Source: Savitreella phatthalungensis
Lineage: Eukaryota
Reading direction: 5' to 3'
NCBI GenBank assembly: GCA_051599415.1
Contig: AP039702.1
Coordinates: 418,964 to 438,963, forward strand
Length of the DNA: 20,000 nt
Part shown: positions 8,873-19,160 of the stretch, in pieces
How the letters are laid out: each line of letters starts with the position of its first letter
Numbering within the stretch: position 1 is the first letter of the stretch
Made by a program: the position numbers and the translations under genes
Notes under the pieces: model-generated
What the model was told of the DNA's origin: nothing
Database searches by the model: none
Seen by the model: only the letters and a program-made list of their open reading frames with translations

Positions 8873-9613
8873 ATGACATTTGGCCGGTTCGTGACACAAA
8901 ACATGGACAGGTTCCTGGAGGAACTGCCGCGAAAAGCTTATAAACTTGAGCGCGAACTCCACAAGCTGCTCGCGCTTCAGAAGTCATCGAAGAAGGCGTT
9001 CAAAAAGTCGCGAAAGTACAACAAAGATGCTGACATGTTTAAAGCGTTCCTGGCATTCCAAGCGCAGCAACAACAGCGTCAAATACATTTTGACAATCAA
9101 CGTCTGCAAAGTCAGCCTCAAATTGATGGATCTGGCGGTCAGACCTATCAATACCAGCGTCCAGACGTGCCGGACAAGCTTTGCACTCGATGTGGCACGA
9201 ATCACTGGTTTCATGGTCCAAAGGCCACTCCGTGCGTTGCCCCGATGTGTCTAGACTGTAACAGACGGCATTGGCAAAGTGGGCCGAGCAAGGAACAGTG
9301 TAATACAGAGCGCGCACTACCGTCATCTACAACGGCCCCAGAGAGCGCAATTATCGAACGCATTTACATCGATGCGACAGGGCGGCAGGTGATTGAGCGA
9401 ACGATTCCCGCACAAGTGGCAGAAAACTGGCAAAGAGGCGTCAGCCAGCACCACGATGAGCGCGAAGGCTATTCTCCTACATCTCCGGGATTCGACAAAG
9501 GCCTTGATTGGCGGGCCAGTTTAGGTTCCGTGTCGCCTCACATTTTACCCAGGGCCGCTAGCATGAGCGCTACCGATCACGCACCTTCCCCCGAAACTCT
9601 AGCATACAGGTGA
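8873..9613 (+). CDS. Orphan protein with two tandem atypical zinc-knuckle-like motifs C-x2-C-x3-HW-x2-GP-x4-C
   Basis: 246-aa ORF filling the gap between conserved genes. It has a basic helical N-terminus, a Gln-rich linker, then CTRCGTNHWFHGPKATPC and CLDCNRRHWQSGPSKEQC. Confidence 0.7.
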   Translation: MTFGRFVTQNMDRFLEELPRKAYKLERELHKLLALQKSSKKAFKKSRKYNKDADMFKAFLAFQAQQQQRQIHFDNQRLQSQPQIDGSGGQTYQYQRPDVPDKLCTRCGTNHWFHGPKATPCVAPMCLDCNRRHWQSGPSKEQCNTERALPSSTTAPESAIIERIYIDATGRQVIERTIPAQVAENWQRGVSQHHDEREGYSPTSPGFDKGLDWRASLGSVSPHILPRAASMSATDHAPSPETLAYR

Positions 9614-9921
9614 CACGAATTTGATGAATCTCTCCAGACGCGGCTGCCCGAGTAGGAAATTGAAAATTGAAGCTACAGGCAAGTGAAACGTTAATAATTT
9701 TATAAAGAATCGCACAGCAAATGCAATATTGTCGCGATTGGGTCGATTTTAGTATGTTCGCACCCGTGCATATCTGAAGTGCGTGCCATACTTTCAGTAT
9801 GCTGCGCGCGAGGTCGATTATACCACAAGCGAGCCGTGCGGCAGGGAGATTGTCGTTATCTCTTAATCACACGCGGTGTCGGCCTCTCTGACCAGAGTAC
9901 TGACGCTCAAAGCGATGTGCA

Positions 9922-12717
9922 ATGGCGGCTGACGTTTCGACGTGCAATGGGTGCCTGCGCACAATCGATGAAGGCTCGGTGGTCGCCTTCGGAGACCACA
10001 TCTGGCACGTCGAGTGCTTCAGGTGCGCGAAATGTCAATCGCTTGTAGACCACGACTCCAACTTGCTTCTCTTATCGGACGGCAATCCCATATGCGAGCG
10101 TTGCTCATATAACTGTCGAGTATGCAATCGAAAGATCGACAACCTGGCTATCATGACTGGCGATGAATCATACCACGCAGAATGTTTTCGGTGCAGGCTG
10201 TGTCAGAAGCGGATAGAAGATCTCGTATTTGCGAAGACGAGTCAGGGCATCTACTGTATGGTATGTCATAACGAGCGGATCTCGAAAAGCAAGCGGAGCA
10301 GAACAGCGGGAAGCCGGGTTTCCAGCGTCGCACCTCAGCATGTCCGCGACAAAGAGCTGCCGCGAGCGCCTGTCAACAATGCGCAAAGAAACGGTGCGGC
10401 TCATGCAGAGCTCGCGCCTGCTTTTAACTCCATCGCAGCAGAAGCTGCGACCAGCGCCGCGACTCCGATCAGATTGAGCGGAGAATCGGCCAGCGGCCGT
10501 CGCCTGAGCCTGAGAGAGCGCCTGCGTCCGAGTCCGATCGAGATCGCACCGCTGTCTACGGCAGCTTCCGCAGCGGCTTCCGAACCATCGTCTGCCATGT
10601 CTTTCGAAAGCTTCGTGCCGATCTTAGCTCCACCTGTGGACTCGGGTGATGCAGAGCTTGAGAATGCATTGGAGCCAGGCACGCCGCCCACCCCGCCAAG
10701 ATCTGTCGAGCATCTGCGATTGCAGGCTTCTGAAGGTTTCGCTCCGGACATCGAGCCTAGGGCTGAAGAGAGCTTAGGACCGCCGCCGAATAGGCCCGCA
10801 CCACAAACGCCAGGACCGAAGCCAATGGCTGCCACAGCAGCAACACAGACTCCATCGGCTGCAGCAACAGCGTCACAGACTCCATTGGCTGCCACGACAG
10901 CAACACAAACTCCTGTTCGACTGAGGCACCAGCAGAGCAAGTCGCTTGAGTCGCCATTCTCCCAAGTCATACCATCGCCTGGTAGTTTTCTCGACTTGGA
11001 TCATGTTGCGCAGCACGAGACACCTGGTTCACTGACATTAAGTCCTGCAGGTCAACACGGCTCGCTGCATCTTGAACGATCGGGCACAATATCTCGATTG
11101 GCTAGCAAAGTATTGCGCCATCGCAAAACCTCGTCCGGTGGGCCTGCGCCTCCCGGGTCTGCAGGAGCGACCTCGATCCTGTCCTCGTCGCGACGCAATT
11201 CGCATCGTCTCGGCAGTCAAGACTTGACCCGTGACGCTCTCGAGCACGAGCTCCAGGCCAAAACAGAGCGCATCGCTAACCTGGAGCAATCCGTGGACAT
11301 GCAAAAACAAAACAGAGAACTCGAGCTGCAACTCGATACGCGTAAGCAGATGCTCGCAAACCTGGAAACACGTCTGACCGCTGCCCGTGCCGAGACAACC
11401 TCCATCTTACAGCACCGCCATCGCGCCTCTGATCTCTCTGTGTCATTAGTAGATTGGCAGGCGAGAGTGGTTCACGATCTCGATGCGTCGCTCAAGGTGG
11501 CCAAAGATCGCACGACGCGCGAGCTAGAGAAGCTTTTCAGACAAAGGGATGACTTGAGACGGGACTGTGATCTGCTCGCGAATGCCCGGGACACTTTGAC
11601 TAATGAGGTCAATGATCTTGACCAGCGTCGGACGCAGCTCACCGGACTCAATGAGAGTGTAGTGCGCAGCATACAGGACGGCATGTCGTCCGGCGCTGCT
11701 CCGCGAGAGATCTCAAGCGACGCGGATCGAACTCCAATCCAGCAGCAGCGCGAATTTGCTCCAGACCGACAGCTCATCGCACGCAATATTATGGAGCCGT
11801 CAACTGAGATGGTACAGAACGCGCCGATGCTCTCGCGACAGGCATCGCAACGGACAAGCTCACCTGCACCGTCCGACAGCATTGACGACGTCGTGGTGCA
11901 GAAGAAGACCATTTGGGGAAAGAGCGGCGTAAAGAAGGCCTTCAGGTGGGGCAAAAGCGATACCAACGCTGGGACGAGCCTGCCTGTCAGCCGTAGTCAG
12001 GAGAGATTGAACAAGACAGGCGGTCTGTTTCAGCCTCTCAAACGTACTTGGCAGTCGCAGGGCGCCTTAAATTCCTATCTTGGCAGCGAGGAGACGCTCG
12101 AAGGGTCGCAAGACAGCCGCATTGCAACACCAGGCTGCACAACTGTTTTTGGAAACAGCTTGGTCTCCCAAGCGGCGATTGAAAATAGAGAGGTACCGGA
12201 CATCGTGACAAGCTGTATCAGGGCGCTTGAGCTGGGTTGTCTCGAGTTTGAAGGACTTTACCGGAAGTCCGGTGGCACCGGAGCCATGCGTCTGCTCGTC
12301 GATGGGTTCGAGTCTGGGCAGATGCCTGATGCAGAGCGCCTCATGGCAGACCCGGCGGCGACAAGTTCCGTCCTCAAACAGTACCTACGCAAGCTTGCGC
12401 AACCATTGATACCGTACAGTTTCTACGAACCCGTCGTCCTGACTGCGGGTATTCAGGACGAGCATCATCGCCTTGCAGCTCTTCGTGACCTTTTGGAGGG
12501 GTTCCCGTCGGCACATCGGCAAACTCTTCTCGCCGTGCTACGGCACATGCTCCGCGTGACACAGTTCTCAGGACGCAACCTCATGACGCCGCGCAACTTG
12601 GCCGTCGTCCTTGCGCCCTCGATTATATGGGATCAGACAGGGGCAAGAGAGATCGAGGACATGGCGGCAAAGACCCTCATAGTGCAATTCCTGATCGAGA
12701 GAGCAGATCGCCTCTAA
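9922..12717 (+). CDS. LIM-domain Rho/Cdc42 GTPase-activating protein (Rga1/Rga2 or S. pombe Rga3/Rga4 class)
   Basis: Two N-terminal LIM domains (CNGC...WHVECFRCAKC...ICERC; CRVC...YHAECFRCRLC...YCMVCH), a central coiled coil and a C-terminal RhoGAP (VFGNSL...EGLYRKSG...LKQYLRKL...NLMTPRNLAVVLAPSI). Confidence 0.95.
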   Translation: MAADVSTCNGCLRTIDEGSVVAFGDHIWHVECFRCAKCQSLVDHDSNLLLLSDGNPICERCSYNCRVCNRKIDNLAIMTGDESYHAECFRCRLCQKRIEDLVFAKTSQGIYCMVCHNERISKSKRSRTAGSRVSSVAPQHVRDKELPRAPVNNAQRNGAAHAELAPAFNSIAAEAATSAATPIRLSGESASGRRLSLRERLRPSPIEIAPLSTAASAAASEPSSAMSFESFVPILAPPVDSGDAELENALEPGTPPTPPRSVEHLRLQASEGFAPDIEPRAEESLGPPPNRPAPQTPGPKPMAATAATQTPSAAATASQTPLAATTATQTPVRLRHQQSKSLESPFSQVIPSPGSFLDLDHVAQHETPGSLTLSPAGQHGSLHLERSGTISRLASKVLRHRKTSSGGPAPPGSAGATSILSSSRRNSHRLGSQDLTRDALEHELQAKTERIANLEQSVDMQKQNRELELQLDTRKQMLANLETRLTAARAETTSILQHRHRASDLSVSLVDWQARVVHDLDASLKVAKDRTTRELEKLFRQRDDLRRDCDLLANARDTLTNEVNDLDQRRTQLTGLNESVVRSIQDGMSSGAAPREISSDADRTPIQQQREFAPDRQLIARNIMEPSTEMVQNAPMLSRQASQRTSSPAPSDSIDDVVVQKKTIWGKSGVKKAFRWGKSDTNAGTSLPVSRSQERLNKTGGLFQPLKRTWQSQGALNSYLGSEETLEGSQDSRIATPGCTTVFGNSLVSQAAIENREVPDIVTSCIRALELGCLEFEGLYRKSGGTGAMRLLVDGFESGQMPDAERLMADPAATSSVLKQYLRKLAQPLIPYSFYEPVVLTAGIQDEHHRLAALRDLLEGFPSAHRQTLLAVLRHMLRVTQFSGRNLMTPRNLAVVLAPSIIWDQTGAREIEDMAAKTLIVQFLIERADRL
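10822..10914 (+). repeat. 3 x 30-bp in-frame tandem repeat inside the RhoGAP gene
   Basis: ccaatggctgccacagcagcaacacagact / ccatcggctgcagcaacagcgtcacagact / ccattggctgccacgacagcaacacaaact encode PMAATAATQT PSAAATASQT PLAATTATQT. Confidence 0.9.
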
Positions 12718-12950
12718 GATTTTAATAGGTTTAACGATGGCATAAAGCAGAGATCGAAGTGATGGATGGTCAAGAAGACGCCATTTGAATTCCGTCTTCG
12801 AGCATATGTTTCAAATTCACGTATCGATCATGCGCGTGCCTGCCTATACATTTACGTGCATGTGCCCTTATTTAGATGAAGCAGCCTCTTCAGTATGATT
12901 AAATTGAAGGTCAGAGGCGCGCGGTGCCTCGACGGCGTCATCCTCCTCCT

Positions 12951-15900
12951 ATGATGAACAGCAAGCCGCGCTTCAATGACAAAGCAAGAGCATCCGCGAT
13001 CAACAAGGAGCGCAGGCTACGTGAAGCCAGGCGCCATGGTCGACGCGACGGGCCATTTGAAGAACTGCCTTCGAAGAGACAGCGGAGACAGGAAAAATAT
13101 GTCGAAAGCAAACTTCGACAAGACGAGAAAGTCAAATACCTGGGACTAATTGCTGCAGAGGCAAGTTCCGATGCGGCCTATGCGTCTTCAAAGGATTTGA
13201 AGAGGGCAGGTGCTCCTCTGCCCGAGGCTGTTTCTGGGCACCAGGAAGTCCGCTCGCCATCGCCACCGACCATCAGCTCGTATGATGATGAGGCTTCGGC
13301 CGTGCTGGACCCAGGGCGCTCGACCCCGTCAGCCATAGCTTTTGGATTCGTCGCAAAGTCGAACTCCAGATCGAGCACGCGCGGAAAGGCCAAATACACC
13401 TGGCGCGCGCTGTTGGAACGGAAGCGAGCAGGTCAGACCGAACAGATTAACGACAATGACAACGACGATGACGATGACGATGATGACGATGATGACGATG
13501 ATGACGATGATGACGATGATGACGATGGACAACTTGATGGTGATGATAATGACAAAGACAACACGAGCCAGCGTTCGAGCATCACATCTGTTAATATTTA
13601 TGATCCGAAGCTGCGGCATTCCTTGGGGGACTGCCTCGTGGGAAAGAACGTGCCTCGAGACGCCGCTGTAGATGCTTCTCGTGGTGTCGAGCTTCCTCAG
13701 TTAAGGCAACGTAGCTTGACACCTGAAAGAGAAGAGGCAGGAGACCTTCAAGCACCACGATTGACGCCAATGACCCTGGCGCGTGACGAGCGGCTTCTGG
13801 AGATGCGATCACAGCTACCTGCAGCCACTTGTGAGCACGACATTCTGGAGAAAGTCAAAAAGCACAGCATAACGATTCTAACAGGTGCGACTGGCTCCGG
13901 AAAAACAACGCAAGTGCCTCAATTTCTCTTGGAAGCTGGGTTCAAAGGCATCGCAGTAACGCAGCCTCGCAGAGTCGCAGCGGTAGCCATGGCGCGTCGC
14001 GTTGCGGAGGAACTTGGCGGCCAAGGAGACAGCCTTGTAGCTCACCAGATACGATTCGACAAATCCGTCAAGGCGACAACGCAGATCAAGTTCATGACGG
14101 ACGGCATTCTGCTGCGTGAGCTTAGCGTGGACCTGCTTCTTCCACTTTACGAAGTCGTCATTATCGACGAAGCGCACGAGCGCAGCATCAACACTGATAT
14201 CCTGATTGGTCTCCTTTCGAGGGTCGTGAGACTACGCAAGGAGCGTGGCAATCCGCTGAGACTGATAGTCATGTCGGCAACTTTACGCGTGGCAGATTTC
14301 ATTGACAACGTTCGATTGTTCGCCATGAAGCCGCCCGTGATTAATATCGAATCGCGTCAGTTTCCGGTCACTGTACATTTTTCCAAGCGGACCGTTTTTG
14401 GAGACTACGTCGACGAAGCTGCGGATAAAGCCGCAAGAATTCACCGTAAGCTGCCGCCCGGCGACATCCTCATATTTCTCACTTCTCAAGCTGAGATCGT
14501 GAGGTGCATGACCGTGCTGCGCCAGCGGCTCGGTCTGCAGGTCAAAAGTCCTGCTGTAGGAAACACGCAGATCCAGATCAGGTCAGACCTTGAGGCGATC
14601 GAGATAGAGGACGTCGATATTGACATCAGGCAAGATCTGCCCGAAACCGACTCGGAAGTCGATGACTTCGAGTCGAGCTCTGATGTGAGCGATGTTGAAG
14701 ACGGGGAGCAGGCCTCTCATCCGACCAAGATAGAGCTCCTTCCGCTCTACTCCCTGCTACCTCCCAAAGAGCAGATGGCAATCTTTCGTCCCACAGAAGC
14801 GCACACCCGCCGAATTATCGTCTCGACGAATGTGGCGGAAACTTCGCTCACGATTCCTGGAATCCGATATGTTGTAGACTGCGGTCGCGCCAAATTTCGT
14901 CGCTTTGACGGGCAAATTCAGCGCTTCGAGGTGGACTGGGTCAGCAAGGCGTCGGCAGATCAGAGATCTGGCCGCGCAGGTCGCACTGGGCCCGGCCACG
15001 CGTATCGACTGTATTCCAGCGCTGTCTTCGACGCTCAATTTCCAGTACATGCTCAGGCAGAAATTGAGACATCTCCTGTCGACGGCATTGTCCTCACGAT
15101 GAAGGCCATGAACATTCACAATGTTGCGAACTTTCCATTCCCCAGTCCTCCAGAAGCGTCCGCTCTCCGAGCCGCAGAGCGATCGCTCATGCTCCTGGGT
15201 GCTCTTGATACTGATGCCTGCGTCACCCAGCTCGGCCGACAAATGGCCTTACTGCCACTGTCCCCTCGCCATGCGAAAATGCTTGTGCTTGGCAACCAGC
15301 AGGGTCTTCTTCCGTTCGTCGTCGCCATTGTTGCAGCGCTCGGGGCTGCCGAGGAGCCGTTTGAGCGTTTTGATGCCGTCGTGGCTGCTGCAGGCGATGA
15401 TACCGACAAAGAATCGCGGCGTATGCGCAGAAAGGAATACTCGCGCGCCATGAAGCAGCTCTCATCAATCGATCAGGAGTGTGACGCGATGCGCCTTCTC
15501 GGAGCTGTCTGTGCCTTCGACTATGCAGAAGACCAAAGCGACTTCTGCCAGCGCCATTTCTTGCGACTAAAAGCTATGAAGGACATTCATCAACTCCGTA
15601 TCCAGCTTTACAACATTCTCAGGTCATCTACGGCTTGTCGACTCCCGGTACCGACACCCGCGCAGCTGCGTCTGCAGCCACCAAACCCTACACAGGTCAA
15701 GCTTTTACGTCACTTGATCGCTGTGGCTCATCTCGATCAGCTCGCCATTCGAACAGACACTTCGTCGGACATCTCGCGCACCCGATACATGACCCTGGAC
15801 GGTGTGATGGCGCAAGTTCATTTGTCCTGCTTTGGCGTCATGGCGTGTGCGGAAGCTCCGGCCTTTCTCGTCTACTGGAAAGTTTCCACAACGGCTCGCT

Positions 15901-16217
15901 CTGCTGTTGACTCAGGATGCGAAGACTTTGCGCACGCCGAACAAAAGGCTGCGCGGCTACATGTTCTATGTAGCCTGGAGGCAAGCGAGGTCGCACCATT
16001 GACAGACGGCAGCAACTTGTCCATGATTCAGTATTCAAGACCGATTGCTATTCCTGCTCCTGAGACAAGGGATGACGCTGGTACTGCTCGACGGGAAGTT
16101 GTTGTGCGGCCGAGCATATCGTTGCCGGGTCGACGTCCGTGGGAGCTGCCTCCGAGAAAAATGAGACAATTGCTCGGTAAAGATGGACAGTGGCGCATGG
16201 ACACAGAGGGTCGTTAG
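12951..16217 (+). CDS. DHR1: DEAH-box RNA helicase Dhr1/Ecm16 (DHX37), SSU processome
   Basis: N-terminal RFNDKAR, GATGSGKTTQVPQFLLEAGF, TQPRRVAAV, DEAHERS, MSAT, HRKLPPGDILIFLT, LPLYSLLP, STNVAETSLTIPGI, SKASADQRSGRAGRTGPGHAYRLYSSAVF. The ORF track starts at GTG 12924 and the first ATG is 12951. Confidence 0.93.
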   Translation: MMNSKPRFNDKARASAINKERRLREARRHGRRDGPFEELPSKRQRRQEKYVESKLRQDEKVKYLGLIAAEASSDAAYASSKDLKRAGAPLPEAVSGHQEVRSPSPPTISSYDDEASAVLDPGRSTPSAIAFGFVAKSNSRSSTRGKAKYTWRALLERKRAGQTEQINDNDNDDDDDDDDDDDDDDDDDDDDDGQLDGDDNDKDNTSQRSSITSVNIYDPKLRHSLGDCLVGKNVPRDAAVDASRGVELPQLRQRSLTPEREEAGDLQAPRLTPMTLARDERLLEMRSQLPAATCEHDILEKVKKHSITILTGATGSGKTTQVPQFLLEAGFKGIAVTQPRRVAAVAMARRVAEELGGQGDSLVAHQIRFDKSVKATTQIKFMTDGILLRELSVDLLLPLYEVVIIDEAHERSINTDILIGLLSRVVRLRKERGNPLRLIVMSATLRVADFIDNVRLFAMKPPVINIESRQFPVTVHFSKRTVFGDYVDEAADKAARIHRKLPPGDILIFLTSQAEIVRCMTVLRQRLGLQVKSPAVGNTQIQIRSDLEAIEIEDVDIDIRQDLPETDSEVDDFESSSDVSDVEDGEQASHPTKIELLPLYSLLPPKEQMAIFRPTEAHTRRIIVSTNVAETSLTIPGIRYVVDCGRAKFRRFDGQIQRFEVDWVSKASADQRSGRAGRTGPGHAYRLYSSAVFDAQFPVHAQAEIETSPVDGIVLTMKAMNIHNVANFPFPSPPEASALRAAERSLMLLGALDTDACVTQLGRQMALLPLSPRHAKMLVLGNQQGLLPFVVAIVAALGAAEEPFERFDAVVAAAGDDTDKESRRMRRKEYSRAMKQLSSIDQECDAMRLLGAVCAFDYAEDQSDFCQRHFLRLKAMKDIHQLRIQLYNILRSSTACRLPVPTPAQLRLQPPNPTQVKLLRHLIAVAHLDQLAIRTDTSSDISRTRYMTLDGVMAQVHLSCFGVMACAEAPAFLVYWKVSTTARSAVDSGCEDFAHAEQKAARLHVLCSLEASEVAPLTDGSNLSMIQYSRPIAIPAPETRDDAGTARREVVVRPSISLPGRRPWELPPRKMRQLLGKDGQWRMDTEGR
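13464..13526 (+). repeat. (GAY)21 coding microsatellite giving a 21-Asp tract in Dhr1
   Basis: 21 consecutive GAC/GAT codons, mostly in a (GATGATGAC)n 9-mer register. Confidence 0.95.
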
Positions 16218-16501
16218 ATTGGGGTGTATCTGGCCTCTGTCGCGCTTTCGCGAGATTTCCGGGTTTTCAGCGAATTTGCAATTAAATGTGCAATCTGGCC
16301 TGCCTGCGCCGGGTATTTCCAGTCTCGCATGTGAGACTGTCTCGGTAAGCCCGAAACCGATCAATAAGGTCTTACTCGTCAATCTCATTTTAATGAGCGA
16401 CGTCAAGACCATGATGTCTCGGTAGATTCTGGGTGGCATGGGTACATAAGGCTTCGATGATTGCACGTCGTTCTTACGAAGAGATTCCATCAAGAACGAC
16501 G

Positions 16502-17830
16502 ATGCTTTTCTCACTACTGGCTTCAACGGCGACTGCTGCGGCTCTAGTCGCGCCTGCGCCCGGTCCGACGTCCGCCCCACAGCCCGAGCTCTCGAAGCGC
16601 CATATTCTAGCGGACGGCTCAACGAATTATGCGGGAGCGTGCTCGTATTTTCCGTTGTCCTCACAATGCTCTTATGCGACAGCTCCAGGTCCTCTCACCG
16701 CAATCGATTGCGTTGACGGCCTGTTTGGTCCCGTTTGCGATAGTCCATGGACTTTTGTAACCACATGCAGTACCTATCTCACCACAAGTCTTTCCACTTA
16801 CTGGTGGTTTGGGATCTTCACAGCCACGAACAACGTGATTACATCGACCTGCGGTCCATTTCCTGTCAATCCTACGGCGGTCGTTTCGGCCAAGACGTCA
16901 CTTCCAGCCTCATCCCCTTCCAAGTTTGTACCAAGTCCGAGTGCATCAGCTGTCACAGGCGGAGCGCTGAGCTCGTCTGCTCCTGCAGCGAGCACATCCA
17001 GCGTCCGAACATCAGCGTCCAGCTCAGTCGTTTCAGTGGCGGCATCGTCTTCGAGCATGCGTGATGCGGCACGGTCTTCCACGGTCTCTAGCCCGATCAT
17101 CGTGTCGTCGAGCTCATCTGCAAGCTTACCAAGCTCTACCGCCTCTGCGTCCTCATCAGCGTCGGCTTCAGCCTTCTCTTACTATGGCTGCTATCAAGAT
17201 TACTATCCGAACGCCCGCACTTTGGACGGCCCGTCGCTCTTTGCCGACAACATGACTCCGGAAAGGTGTCAAGCCTTTTGCTCAGCCTACAGCTTATTCG
17301 GCGTGGAAAACGGGCGCGAGTGCTATTGCGGCAATGCGCTTACACAGTGCGCTACCAAACAACCCGAAGGCGCTTGTTACTTTGGTTGCTCAGGCGACTC
17401 GTCAAAGTCATGCGGCGGCAATAACGTGATCGGCGTCTACGCGCTCACAAGCGCGGGCGTTCCGAAGACGACGGGCTGCGCAGTGCTGCCTGCCGACGTG
17501 CCGTACACACACCTGGCCTGTATCCAGGACTACTATCCGAATTACCGCGCAATGCAGGGTTTCAGCTACGCCGATAGCAATAACACACAGGCTGGCTGCA
17601 GAGTCACTTGTGCCATGTCCGGCTACGGCTACGCGGGCCTCGAAAATGGCAAAGAGTGTTACTGCGCTAATACAGTTGCCCCTTATTTCCCGATCGATGA
17701 TCGCTTCTGCAACACGCCCTGCGCAGCTAATAGCTCGTCGACTTGTGGGGGCAGCAACACCCTGGACGTTTTCAGCCTGACGCAGAATGCCGCAGTACAA
17801 CAACCAATCAACAGCTGTCGAACAGGATGA
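16502..17830 (+). CDS. Secreted WSC-domain (putative glucan-binding) protein, last gene before the telomere
   Basis: Signal-like MLFSLLASTATAAALVAPAP from ATG 16502 (the ORF is open from 16433), a KR dibasic site, a 6-Cys segment, a Ser/Ala-rich linker and two WSC domains (YYGCYQD...MTPERCQAFC...GVENGRECYCGN...CGG; HLACIQD...AGLENGKECYCAN...CGG). No C-terminal TM or GPI stretch. Confidence 0.9.
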   Translation: MLFSLLASTATAAALVAPAPGPTSAPQPELSKRHILADGSTNYAGACSYFPLSSQCSYATAPGPLTAIDCVDGLFGPVCDSPWTFVTTCSTYLTTSLSTYWWFGIFTATNNVITSTCGPFPVNPTAVVSAKTSLPASSPSKFVPSPSASAVTGGALSSSAPAASTSSVRTSASSSVVSVAASSSSMRDAARSSTVSSPIIVSSSSSASLPSSTASASSSASASAFSYYGCYQDYYPNARTLDGPSLFADNMTPERCQAFCSAYSLFGVENGRECYCGNALTQCATKQPEGACYFGCSGDSSKSCGGNNVIGVYALTSAGVPKTTGCAVLPADVPYTHLACIQDYYPNYRAMQGFSYADSNNTQAGCRVTCAMSGYGYAGLENGKECYCANTVAPYFPIDDRFCNTPCAANSSSTCGGSNTLDVFSLTQNAAVQQPINSCRTG

Positions 17831-18492
17831 AAGCCGTCGCTAAGAAGCGTAGCGTAACATGCCGCCTTATATAGTCAATGATGTCGGATCTACAGCACAA
17901 CCAGTGAGGCAGCCATCGCACGAAAGCTGTCATTTGCGGTCAGCCGGTGGTCAGGATCAGAGTGACAGCGGACAGAGTCTCCATGATACAAATTGTCATC
18001 GACTCAAGGGAGCAGCGCTTGGCAGTGGACATTTAACGAGCAAGCTTTAGGAAAATATTCGATCAGTCGTCGCTGTAATCTAGTCCAGGGCTGAGCAGGT
18101 CCACGCCCTGGCCACGACCTCCATCATAACAAGCAAGTTAGACGGAACATCTTTGGCAATCTTGAGGCGCCCATGAATTGAATTTATCAGTGGCGGTACA
18201 ATACCTGACAGATGACAGGCCGGTGATGCATCATGACAGGTAACCAGAGGTGCCTTCATGCATGCTGAGGGTGCCCTTGACAGTGCAACGGCCAGCGTGC
18301 AAAAAGTGGCAAGCGGGTGAGGCTCATTGTCCCCTTGAAAAATGCGAAACTGTTTTTACCGGAGGTGGATCATAGCCATAGTTTCAACGATTGAACACTG
18401 TATGGCATCCCTGGCTGTAATTTGACAATTAGGGACGGACCTGACTAACTGCAGAACAAAACTGCAGCGCTCCACCAATTTGTAGCATGCCC

Positions 18493-18543
18493 AGCGGCAG
18501 CAGCAGCAGTAGTAACAGCAGCAGTAGCTCCGGTAGTGGCAGC
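18493..18543 (+). repeat. Degenerate (RGY)n trinucleotide tract
   Basis: agc ggc agc agc agc agt agt aac agc agc agt agc tcc ggt agt ggc agc. Confidence 0.7.
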
Positions 18544-18930
18544 ATTTTGTTGAGTGAAGGTAATGGGAGAAGTAGTAAATGTGGTAGCGGCAGCAATAGC
18601 AACCATCACAGTCAATAATGACAGATTAGATTGAATGAGTTAGACCAAAAGCACAGACAAGCGCAGTCACAGCAGAGTAGACAGTGTACAATGCATGACA
18701 GGGGAAAGTACATGTGAAAGTGCACAAGACAGGCAATAAGAGCAAGTGAGAGTGATTAAGAGTGAGTTGTGGAGGAAAGGGCACGGCACAGCGCCAGCAA
18801 TGAATTGGACAAGCAGCAGCGGAGGAAGGCAGTGCATGCCAAGTGACATTGCAATCAATTGCAGTCAATTGATGTTGCACAACAGGCGCCAGTGCCAATT
18901 ACAGTCGAAGGAATGAGAATGCAGGCAACA

Positions 18931-18947
18931 GGGTAGGGTCAGGGTCA
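18931..18947 (+). repeat. Internal relic of variant telomere-like repeats
   Basis: gggta gggtca gggtca, the same GGGTCA unit and orientation as 19742-19771. Confidence 0.5.
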
Positions 18948-19160
18948 AGCAGGTGGTGTTTATAACAAGCAGAGACAGAGTCAGAGGCAAGGGCCAGGTG
19001 ACAAATGACAGTGACAAGTGACCGTGCAGCAATGACGCATCAAGTGGCAGTGCAGTTTGAACAAATGGCAGCATTTGACAAATGGCAGTGCGGTGATGAA
19101 ACAGGGTACAGTCCAGGCAACAGTGAGTGACAGAAACAGAAAACAGGGGATGACAGATGG

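Noticed and set aside
9470..9490. YSPTSPG, a Pol II CTD-like heptad in the knuckle orphan
   Set aside because: A single imperfect copy in a Ser/Pro-rich tail is compatible with chance.
16035..16664. 209-aa minus-strand ORF bridging DHR1 and the WSC gene
   Set aside because: It overlaps two well-supported plus-strand genes and has no recognisable motif.
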